A program made the translations under genes and the position numbers. Shown here in pieces: positions 22,186 to 32,437 of a stretch of 64,000 nt of DNA; the first letter of the stretch is position 1, and each line of letters begins with the position of its first letter. Origin of the DNA: Yuukianura sp. NJ FZ-2021. Taxonomy: Eukaryota. Location of the stretch: positions 2,604,001 to 2,668,000 of the forward strand of contig CM102283.1 in the NCBI GenBank assembly GCA_046563655.1, given 5' to 3'. The notes beneath the pieces are model-generated. The model ran no database searches. It was not told the DNA's origin and saw only the letters and a list, made by a program, of their open reading frames with translations.

Positions 22186-23467
22186 GAACATTCAAATGCT
22201 TTTTTTAAATGTGGCTTCTACAACTTATTAAGTGCTTACTCCTTTTTAAAAACAACTACAATCCAAGCGAGCTGTTAGCCTGAGTCAAACTTGTGCTATT
22301 TATTGTCGTACCGTATTTTTATGAAGGTGTTTCAGAAAAATGAAATTGTAGAAAATTATATGTTCGATACATGTTCAATTTTTAATACACAGAAAAAAAT
22401 ACATGTACAATTGTGGTTTATAATATAACAAAAGTGTTAGGTTAGATTTGTCCCAAAGAATTTGTATCCGTTTTGGTCAAATTTTAGTATTTTGACTTTG
22501 AATTGCATCCGGTGGAAGTACCCAATTATTTTCTAAAAATATAAAATTCTGCCAACAAAATACTTGGTTTGAAACTGATCCAACTTTGTGATAAATCATG
22601 TAAGTAATAATTTTGATATTTTTTCTTGAAATATATTTGAGCTTTTAGAAGAATGTACTCAGGAAATTGTAAATTAAGCTTAAATTGGCAATCAAAATTT
22701 TAAATATAAACTAATTTTAAACACTTTTTGCCATATTCGCGCAATTTAGAGTTGTATAACCATTATTCCAAAATTTACCGGTGCTAACCTTTGAAATACG
22801 CACATAAGCATAAAATGTTCAAACTGTACCATAGTAGTGTATGCTTATGGTAACTCCCTTTTCGTACAACAGTTCAATCCTTTTAGTGCCGTTTTGTGAA
22901 TATTTGCGGATTTTTTTTTGTACTAAATATTTATTGCCCTTAATGCTAAAGTAAATATTTGCTCAGTTTTTAAAACCATATTTTTCGTCATATTTCGGGG
23001 TACTTCGGACATATTTTTGACAACGCTGGTGATAGGCCAACAATTAGGTTTTATGTGCTGTATTAATATGTGTCCATCGTAACTTTAAACAGCAAGTAAA
23101 ATTAAACTTTCCATAATCTAATTTTTCCATGGGCTGTTTGTGGTTGATGTGGTGTGTGCCGCTTTTACACTTATATTATGCTCAGGCTTTGATTTAAGTT
23201 TTTAAATTTTCCAGCCTCGTTCTGCGGTTTTTTTTTGAAAAGCATTCCACTATCCAAAATTTCCCGCGTCCCATTAGCAACTTATTATGATACAATTTAT
23301 TTGTCTAGACTAGTTTAAATCAACTGGGCTTTTCCATCCGATCATTCATTTCAACTTTTGTTTTGAAAAGGAACACTCTAACCAAGATTTCCAAAATCCA
23401 AAGTTTTTAAATTCGACAAATTTTGTAAAAACTTTGCATTTTTTGCAAAACTTTTCAAAGTTTCAGA

Positions 23468-24984
23468 ATGCCTTCAGGTGACGGTTCAGGAAAAAGCTAC
23501 GGCCCGACTAAAATTGCAGCCAGTGCTCTTGACCTCGTAGGAAACACACCGCTTGTAGCCCTCGACCGAATTTGGCCCGGTCCTGGTCGAATTTTGGGAA
23601 AATGTGAGTTTTTGAATCCCTGTGGAAGTGTGAAGGACAGATCTTCACTGGGCATGATCCAGAGGGCAATGACCTCCGGAGAGGTCAAACCTGGACAGCC
23701 GATTCTGGTGGCAACCAGTGGCAACCAAGGGTCCGGACTTGCCATGGCTGCAGCAGTTCTTGGAAATCCTTTGACCGCTTGCATGTCAAAGGGCAACAGT
23801 CCCCAGAGAGCCACAATGGTAAGCAATGTGAGCAGTGATGCTGGACATCCACTTTTTGACGTTTCGTCCAGTGGATAATATATTTCATCCGGAAGAAATG
23901 GCTGGATAAAATGGATAATAATATAGAATACTTCCACCTAATTTGATGTAGGTGGAAGAAATATTATATCCATCCAGCTACATTGAATGTGAGGTTTAAG
24001 GGGATTCACATATGTCTTAAGACAAAGAATGACAGCGCAGAAAAAATAAACAACCGAATGGGGCTCGAACGCACAACTTACTCCGAAGAATCTATCTACC
24101 ACTTGAGCTATCAGGTGTAGGACTGTGGTACAATATTGCCAAACGCTAAAGCAATGCTTTAAAATCTTTTGAAAAATCTTATAGCATAAAAATTTTAAGT
24201 TCTAAAAATTTTGATTATGGAAAACTTTCAAACATCCTAAAAAAACAAATCGCTGAAATTTTAGATGAGAGCTCTTGGTGCCAAAGTTGAGTTGGTGGAT
24301 CAAGTTGAAGGAAAACCTGGAAGCGTGACTGCTGCCGACGTCGAAGCTGCGCAGAAGCATGCGCAGGAACTCGTGGCTTCCACTGGTGGCTTCTACTTGG
24401 ACCAATTCAACCATGTCAACAACATTCACTCACATGAAGTCACTACTGGACCAGAAATCTGGACTCAAACGGGCGGTCACGTTGATGCGTTCCTGGCCAC
24501 GGTGGGAACGGCGGGAACGTTCATGGGCGTTTCCCGTTTCCTCAAATCCAAAAATCCTGATGTGATGTGCTGCGTAGTTGAACCGAAAGGGGCCGAAGTG
24601 ATTGCTGGATGCGCAGTCGTGAAACCGTTGCATCTATTGCAGGGCAGCGGCTACGGAAGAATACCGGGACTTTTCAAATTTGACATTCTGGACCACACTC
24701 TTGCTGTAACGGACCGTGAAATTGTTGAATACAAAAACCTACTTGGAACTAAAGAAGGACTTTACGTTGGATACACAAGTGCAGCCAATGTCGTAAGTTT
24801 CAAAATTTAAAAAGAATTGAAATTTTGATTTTTCAGTGTGTTCTAAATTAACTTGTAGGCTGCCGCTGTCAAAGTTTTGAAATCTGGGCAACTTGGTGAA
24901 GACGCTTGGGTGGTGACGATGCTGAACGATACTGGACTCAAATATTCAGAACTGGAAAACTATGAATTTCAGGACATTGAATGA
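23468..24984 (+). CDS. Cysteine synthase / beta-cyanoalanine synthase-like (CAS2), 334 aa, intact
   Basis: Exons 23468-23818, 24265-24792, 24859-24984. Same intron positions as CAS1; NPCGSVKDR, TSGNQG, GTAGT motifs. Confidence 0.92.
23833..23985. mobile_element. hAT-type MITE (family H1) in CAS2 intron 1
   Basis: CAGTGATGCTGGA...TCCAGCTACATTG with exact 8-bp TSD AATGTGAG. Duplicated copy at 29149-29309. Confidence 0.8.
24053..24117 (-). mobile_element. tRNA-like / SINE head in CAS2 intron 1 (paralogous copy at 29373-29441)
   Basis: A-box TAGCTCAAGTGG and B-box GTTCGAGCC on the minus strand; anticodon arm does not pair. Confidence 0.55.
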
Positions 24985-25118
24985 ATTTTTGTAAACTTTA
25001 TTTTCGAAATTTCTGCCTTTTTTCTTCCAATTTTCAAAATTTTCCAAAACGCTTGTCAGTTCCAACATCAGTGCAGATATTTATTAAGACAATTATTAGG
25101 TATATCAGTGTATTTTAA

Positions 25119-26430
25119 TTAAGCTCCATGTAGTGTCAATGTTAAACTTATGATATAATTTATCATATTTTCATTTACACTGATCACAATACCTCTGTCA
25201 CAATAGTTAAATCCCCACACCTGAATGCACATTTCCTAAGTGATTTGACTACCATAACATTATGTGTAATACCATTTGCACTTCTTCCCAATTGGTCTAT
25301 ATACTCACATGACCTGACATAAATCATTGCTCCTCCTATAATACATATATTTAAAAATGTGAAAATGAGTGCAGCGCAACTGAAAAAAGTAAAAGACGCA
25401 AGAGACAAGCCAAATCGAAAGCTAACACTAAAGAAAACTACACAAAATGATGTACCAAAGAGCAAAATAGAAGCAAGTGGGAGCGAAATTAAACAGTTGA
25501 ATTGTGTTAAATATAAATAAATAATCTTGTGGTAAAGTGCTTCTGAAACTGCTGAGTGACGGAATTGAGATTTCAACATTGATATTGACATCTCTAGCGA
25601 CAAAATTCCAATGATTGCATACTGAATGTACTTGTGCAACAGGAAGTAACCATGTATCCATATAAGTAGTAACAGCACAATAGTAGCAAAATATGCAACG
25701 TAAATCCTTGTATTTGAGTAGTCGTCGTACATCAAAACCCAGCCAAAGATTGTTTCAAGAAAGAGTTCAGTAGATTCAAATACTACAATCGCAAATACCA
25801 GCACGAAAGCTGGTATCACATATTTAGTCACAGTGCAGTAAGTCTTCAGAAATAGAAAATGAACATCTTTGTCCGCTACAAAAAGTATTTCATCTAAAAT
25901 AAAAATTAAAACGCTTAAATTAACACCAAGTTTAAGTCGAATTAATGACTGAAAAATCAGTAATTTCTTTAATTTCGCAGCAATGGAAAGAAAACGAGCA
26001 AAATAGCACGATTAAGAAAAAATCCATCATAATATTATGTTATTTTCCAATTACCTTTTTTTGCTGTTAGAACATGGTACAATATGTTCGTGTATTGTTG
26101 CCAATGTTGTTTGCCCCAAATCGCCATTACGTCTACGCTGATGTTGTGCATACCAAGCAACAAGAGTCCACCAAATCCTGCCGTGAAAATCGGATTCAAC
26201 CCAGCAGCATGATTTATACATACCAGCGTAGTTACCAGAATCACCGTACTGCCGTCGAAAATCAAGAGCAGGAAAGCCATTCTACGATACCACACGGACT
26301 CGTCCAATATAAATTTATTTTGTCGCTTGCTAAAAATAAGCGGATTTTGATAAGTGCGATGAGCATTTTGTATAGCAAGAAGCAACAAGGCTACCACTTG
26401 ATTCCGAGTTTCTGTGATACTTTTGGCCAT
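25119..26430 (-). pseudogene. Chemoreceptor-like family B, copy 1; 1-nt deletion near the 3' end truncates the last helix
   Basis: Exons 26430-26055 and 25893-25119. GTTAAATCCCC here vs GTTAAATTCCCC in paralogs at ~25212. Confidence 0.7.
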
Positions 26431-26630
26431 GGCAAACGACAGACACGAATTAAGCTCAGAAATATTCAACGTTTAGATCCACGCGTCTTATTAAACCTCG
26501 CATCATTAAATACGATAAATAACTAACAATATTGACAAAGAAAATGTTTCTGGAATATTATTTCGTTTTTCGAAGCTTTAGCCTTTTAGAAATGTTTAAA
26601 TTTTTAAGGAATTTTTAACATTCTGAAAAT

Positions 26631-26941
26631 CCAAGGTGGATAAACAAGCAAATACTTTTTCTTTAACAGGTTACGCAATACCTCGAGTTTTAAGTTTTTC
26701 GCATAAAATTTTCAATCCTGAGTTCACCTAGTTTCATTCGCGGTTAGTATGACGAAATTAAAAATTCGGAGAGATGGCTTTTGCTTTTTGAATTGGCAAA
26801 TTCAAAGTAGAAAAGGAGTAAAAAGTAGAAAAAACAAAAAAGGTGGAAAAAATTGTTTGACTCAGGATTATTAAAAAAAACTGGACTTATTGCCTAAGCT
26901 GTTAAAGGAAAGCCATTTCGTTGTTATAGCAACAACCTTGG
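26631..26941. mobile_element. MITE family M1 copy
   Basis: CCAAGG...AACAGGTTACGCAATACCTC ... TATTGCCTAAGCTGTT...AACCTTGG; absent at the equivalent position upstream of copy B2 (~31920). Confidence 0.7.
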
Positions 26942-27475
26942 TAGCATCTCCACTTCCTTTGGTAAATACGCAGTATGAACGAATTTAATTTCCTGAAATT
27001 GATCGTAGCTCACCTTTTCCATCAAGCAATAGAACTTAATGCCAAAGCAAATAAATCAGTAAACTATCGTACCGCCTTTCCGAATTAAACCGGAATTGGA
27101 CAAATCAGATAAAATGGATTAAAAACGGACTAGGGCTTGGGATTTGAATAATTTAAGGTTAAATATACATGAAATATTGAATATAATTACACCGACCTCA
27201 TTCTGATAATTTTCAAAAGAAACACACACAAATGTGTTTGCGTTTATTTCCGATTCAAAATTTCGTTTTTCAAGTTTCTGGTTGAAAACTGAAATTAAAT
27301 GTACAAAAATCACAGAACGAACACATTGTGAAAAACATTTTTTTGGTATTCAGGCGAAACGGAGAATTCTTTCTGTAAATATACTGAGACTGAGCAGCAG
27401 TGGTTCAAAATTTAGTTTTAAAATGGGACCAGGGATTACTACATTTTGAAATTTCGCGCTTAATTATCAACTAAG

Positions 27476-28844
27476 TTAATCGTGATGACTGCTGCGATGG
27501 TTGGCACCCTGAGGGACCCACCTTTAGGGTACCCTTAAACAAAAAACTAGCATTAAATGGTTGCTGCGTCACTACAACTTGTTTAAACGTTGTTTGGGAG
27601 CATATAGGAAAAAATTCAGGGGGCCCTTAATATCATAAAGAGGCCCTTAAGGGTCCGTTTTGTCGAGTTTCGCTATTTTCACGTTATCGTACCGAAAAGA
27701 TTAAAATTCTAAGTTGGAAACCCCAAGGTTCCTTGATTTAAAAAAAATAAGGGTCCATGGGCCCTTGACAAAATTTTTGAAAAAAACTCAATCTGGAGCA
27801 TGTCAAGGGCTTTCATTTGACACCAAGATGACCTCAATCGGTTAAGAACCTCCGGAGATACACGCGGGTGAACATTTCCAAAATGGCGACCTTGACCTCT
27901 CACAACTCAGCAACGGGTTGCGTTAGGGTCAAATTTTTTTCGCCAAAATTTTTCTTTCGAAAGGTATTTCATTCCCCCAAAATTTGGAAACGATCAAAAA
28001 ATACATGTAACACAACTTATTTAATTATTTTACACATTTCACAAATACTTACTGCAATTTTAAAATAACCTGTTTGAAAATTTTAAAATTCAAAACTTCA
28101 GTTTTCAGAAAAACTTGAAGAATGTTAAAATTTACTTCCGAGAAATTTTACTATCGTGGTCCATTTTTCAAAATCCTGAAAATTCTTCACCGAAGGCCCT
28201 ATGCACCACTGATTCATAAAAATAAAAAAACTTTTTTTGGAAATCAAGAAAAAAAATCAAAAATGGACGACTACACTTTTACCTTTACTTCAAGATAATA
28301 CTGCAACATTATTAAACTGCCACCTCCGAGATTCGTTGGCGGGACGGCGGGAATTTTTAGACCTTGACATTGACCTTGACCTCCGCTCCAGGTCATTGAA
28401 CTCTTGGAATTTACTAATGGTCCAGTACTTTCCGCAACTACTTTCCTTTCGTCTATGGTGTGTCTACCAGTTGAGTCCTTGTAGGTGACAACCTTCAAAA
28501 AGTTAACAAAAAAACAATTTCTTCAAAAATTTCAATTTTTTCAAAAATTTCAATTTTTTCAAAAATTTGAGCCATCTGACTTGAACTAGTTGTAGGACAA
28601 TGGTTGAAACGGGGCGTGGACTGTGATTGTGAACAGTCAGGTTGAATCGAGCGGTGTCTCCTGGCACAAATCCGGATTTTTCCAAGGTCAACTGATACTC
28701 TACTTCAGTTGGACAGAAACAGAGACATGTTAAGAGACTAAACGTGTCCACGTGATGTCGCTTGTTGATTGTAACTGGTTTCTGCGCATGTCCAAACAAG
28801 TTGAGGTCAAGGAATCCGTTGACAGTGAAGTACGAACTCACTTT
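27476..28844 (-). pseudogene. Truncated alpha-arrestin duplicate
   Basis: 28055-28844 matches 32933-33714 and 27476-27508 matches the last codons. The sequence between is replaced by ~550 bp of unrelated DNA; 5' exons are absent. Confidence 0.88.
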
Positions 28845-30308
28845 CTTGACCTCGTAGGGAACACACCGCTTGTAGCCCTTGACCGAATTTGGCCCGGTCT
28901 GGGTCGCATTTTGGGAAAATGTGAGTTTATGAATCCCTGTGGAAGTGTGAAGGACAGATCTTCACTGGGCATGATCCAGAGGGCAACGACCTCCGGAGAG
29001 GTCAAGCCTAGACAGCAGATTCTGGTTGCCACAAGTGGCAACCAAGGGTCCGGACTTGCCATGGCGGCAGCAGTTCTTGGAAATCCTTGACCGCTTGCAT
29101 GTCAAAGGGCAACAGTCCGCAGAGAGCCACAATGGTAAGCAATGTGAGCAGTGATGCTGGATAGCCACTTTTTTGACGTTTCGTCCAGTGGTCATATATT
29201 TCATCCGGTTTTATCCGGAAGAAATGGCTGAATAAAATGGATAGCAATGGATCCTTCCACCAAATTTGATGTAGGTGGAAGAAATATTATAATTCATCCA
29301 ACTACACTGTATGTGAAGTTCAAGGGGATTCACATGCCTTGAGACAAAGAGTGACAGTGTAGAAAAAATAAACCACCGAATGGGTCTCGAACCCACATCT
29401 CTTTACTCCGAAGATGCTGTCTACCGCTTGAGCTAGCAGGTGTAGGACTGAACTACACTATTGCCAAACGCTAAAGCAATGTTCTAAAATCTTTTGAAAA
29501 TCTTATAGCATGAAAATTTTAAGTTCTAAAAATTTTGATTCTACGAAACTTTCAAACATCTTGACAAAACAAATCGCTGAAATTTTAGATGAGAGCTCTT
29601 GGTGCCAAAGTTGAGTTGGTGGATCAAGTTGAAGGAAAACCTGGAAGCGTGACTGCTGCCGACGTTGAAGCTGCACAGAAGCATGCGCAGGAACTTGTGG
29701 CTTCCACTGGTGGCTTCTACTTGGACCAATTCAATCATGTCAACAACATTCACTCACATGAGGTCACTACTGGACCAGAAATCTGGACTCAAACGGGCGG
29801 TCACGTTGATGCGTTCCTGGCCACGGTGGGAACGGCCGGAACGTTCATGGGCGTTTCCCGTTTCCTCAAATCCAAAAATCCTGATGTGATGTGCTGCGTA
29901 GTTGAACCGAAAGGGGCCGAAGTGATTGCTGGTTGCGCAGTCGTGAAACCTTTGCATTTATTGCAGGGCAGCGGCTACGGAAGAATCCCGGGACTTTTCA
30001 AATTTGACATTCTGGACCACACTCTGGCTGTAACAGACCGTGAAATAGTTGAATACAAAAACTTACTTGGAACTAAGGAAGGACTTTACGTCGGATACAC
30101 AAGTGCAGCCAATGTCGTAAGTTTCAAAATTTAAAAAGAATTGAAATTTTGATTTTTCAGTGTGTTCGAAATTAACTTGTAGGCTGCTGCTGTCAAACTT
30201 TTGAAATCTGGAAAACTTGGTGCTGATGCTTGGGTGGTGACGATGCTGAACGATACTGGACTCAAATATTCAGAACTGGAAAACTATGAATTTGAGGACA
30301 TCGAATGA
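28788..30308 (+). pseudogene. CAS3: 5'-truncated duplicate with a chimeric N-terminus and a 1-nt deletion at 29087
   Basis: CAS homology starts at 28844; exons to 29134, 29589-30116, 30183-30308. CCTTGA vs CCTTTGA in CAS2 gives a stop at 29088-29090. Confidence 0.8.
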
Positions 30309-30501
30309 ATTTTTGTAAACTTTATTTTCGAAATTTGGGTCTTTTTTCTTCCACTTTTCAAAATTTTCCAAAATTGAATCGAGAATTCGATTAATACAAA
30401 CTTTACCGTCTTAATTGCACCAAAATCAAGTTGTACTTGTAAGGCCCGACATCAGTGCATATATTTATTAACACATTATTTTGTATATCAGTGTGTTTTA
30501 A

Positions 30502-31751
30502 TTAGGGTCCATTAAGTGTCAATGTTAAACTTATGATATAGTTTATCATATTTTGATTTACAGTGATCACAATACCTTTGTCACAATAGTTAAATTCCCC
30601 GCACTTAAATACACATTTCCTAAGTGATTTGACTACCATGACATTATGTGTAATACCATTTGCACTTCTTCCCAATTGATCTATATACTCACATGACCTG
30701 ACATAAATCATTGCTCCTCCTATAATACATATATTTAAAACAACGAAAATAAGTGCAGCGCAACTGAAGAAACTGAAAAAGGCAAGGGACATACCAAACC
30801 GAAAGCTAACACTAAAGAAAACTACACAAAATGATGTACCAAATAGCACAAAAGAAGCAATTGGCAACGAACATAAGCAGTTAAATTGTGTTAAATATAA
30901 ATAAACAATCTTGTGGTAAAGTGCTTCTGAAACTGAGTGACCGAATTGAGATTTTAACAATGATAGTGCAATATCTAAGGATAAAATTCCACAAATTGCA
31001 TACTGAAGGTACTTGTGCAACAGCAAGTAACCATGTATCCATATAAGTAGTAACAACACAATTGTAGCACAATATGCAACGTAAATCTTTGTATTTGAAT
31101 AGTCGTCGTACGTCCAAATCCAGCCAAGGATTGTTTCAAAAAGAAGTTCCGTACCTTCAAATACTACCACCGTAAAAACCAGCACGAAAGCCGGTATCAC
31201 ATATTTAGTTACTATGTAGTAAGTCTTCAGAAATAGAACATGAAGGTCTTTGTCCAATACAAAAAGTATTTCGTCTACAGCACAAATTAAAAGGTTTAAG
31301 TTAATACCAATTTGAGTAAAGTGATTTTTTTTATATTTTTTTTTATATATATAGTTATTTTATATTTACAATTACCTCTGCTTGATGTCGAAACGTGATA
31401 CAATACGTTCATATATTGTTGCCAGTGTTGTCTTCCCCAAATCGCCATTACATCTAAGCTAATGTTGTGCATACCAAGCAACAACAGTCCACCAAAGCCT
31501 GCAGTAAAAATCGGGTCCAATCCAGCGACATAATTTATACAGTCCAGCGTGATCAATACAATCACCGTAATGCAGTCGAAAATTAAAAGCAGGAAAGCAT
31601 TTCTACGATACGCCACGGACTCGTCCAATATAAATTTACTCTGGCGCTTGTTATAAATAAGCGGATTTTGATAAGTGTGATGAGCATTGTGTATACAAAG
31701 TAGCAACAAAGCTATAACCTGCTTCCGAGTTTCAGAAATACTTTTAGCCAT
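30502..31751 (-). CDS. Chemoreceptor-like multi-TM protein, family B copy 2 (~382 aa), intact
   Basis: Exons 31751-31376 and 31274-30502 in frame. Hydrophobic helices; C-terminus KSLRKC.F.CGEFNYCDKGIVITVNQNMINYIISLTL. Confidence 0.75.
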
Positions 31752-32437
31752 GGCAAAAGATAGACACGAATTAAGTTCAGAAATATTTAGCTTTTGAATC
31801 CACTTGTTTTATTAAACCGCTCACTACTTAGAAATATTGGCAAAGAAAGTGCTTTTGGAATATTGTTTGGATTTTCGAAGGAATGTTCAAATTTTTAATG
31901 AATTTTTAACATGGTAAAATCCCCAATTCCTTTGATAAATATGCAATATGAATTTAATTTCCTGGAATTCATCGGAGCTCATCTTTTCCACCAAAGAGTA
32001 AAACCTAATGTCCATTAAGGAAATAAATGAGTAATTGAGTTTTCCAACTAAACTGGAATTGGGTAAATCAGATAAAATTGAATGGAAATGGAATTTACAT
32101 GTTTATAGAACATAATTAAACCGACCTCATTCAGTTAATTTTCAAAAGAAACACACAAATGTAGTTGCGTTTATTTCCGATTTAAAATTTCCTTTTTTCA
32201 AGTTTCTTGGCCAAAACTTAAATTTTCTTTAAAACCTAAAATTAAATGTACAAAAATCACAGAAGGAACACATTGTGAAAAGCATTTTTTTTGGTATTCT
32301 GGCGAAACAAAGAATTTTTTCTGTAAGTAAACTTTGAGACTGAGCAGTGAGCAGCAGTGGTTCACCATTCAAAGTTTTAAATTCGGACCAGGGATATATA
32401 CTACATTTCGAAATTTCGCGCTTAACTACAAACTACG

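Noticed and set aside
23497-23937. Antisense ORFs over CAS exons (also 4559-4855, 12282-12485, 28838-29062)
   Set aside because: Shadow ORFs of the real coding strand with no independent features.
29373-29441. Possible functional tRNA gene (also 24053-24117 and 5258-5345)
   Set aside because: A and B boxes are present, but the anticodon and acceptor stems do not pair properly and the paralogous copies differ by indels; treated as SINE-like or pseudo-tRNA.
4617-30308. Bacterial contamination or endosymbiont insert as the source of the CysK-like genes
   Set aside because: The genes have spliceosomal introns containing host MITEs and are interleaved with animal genes.
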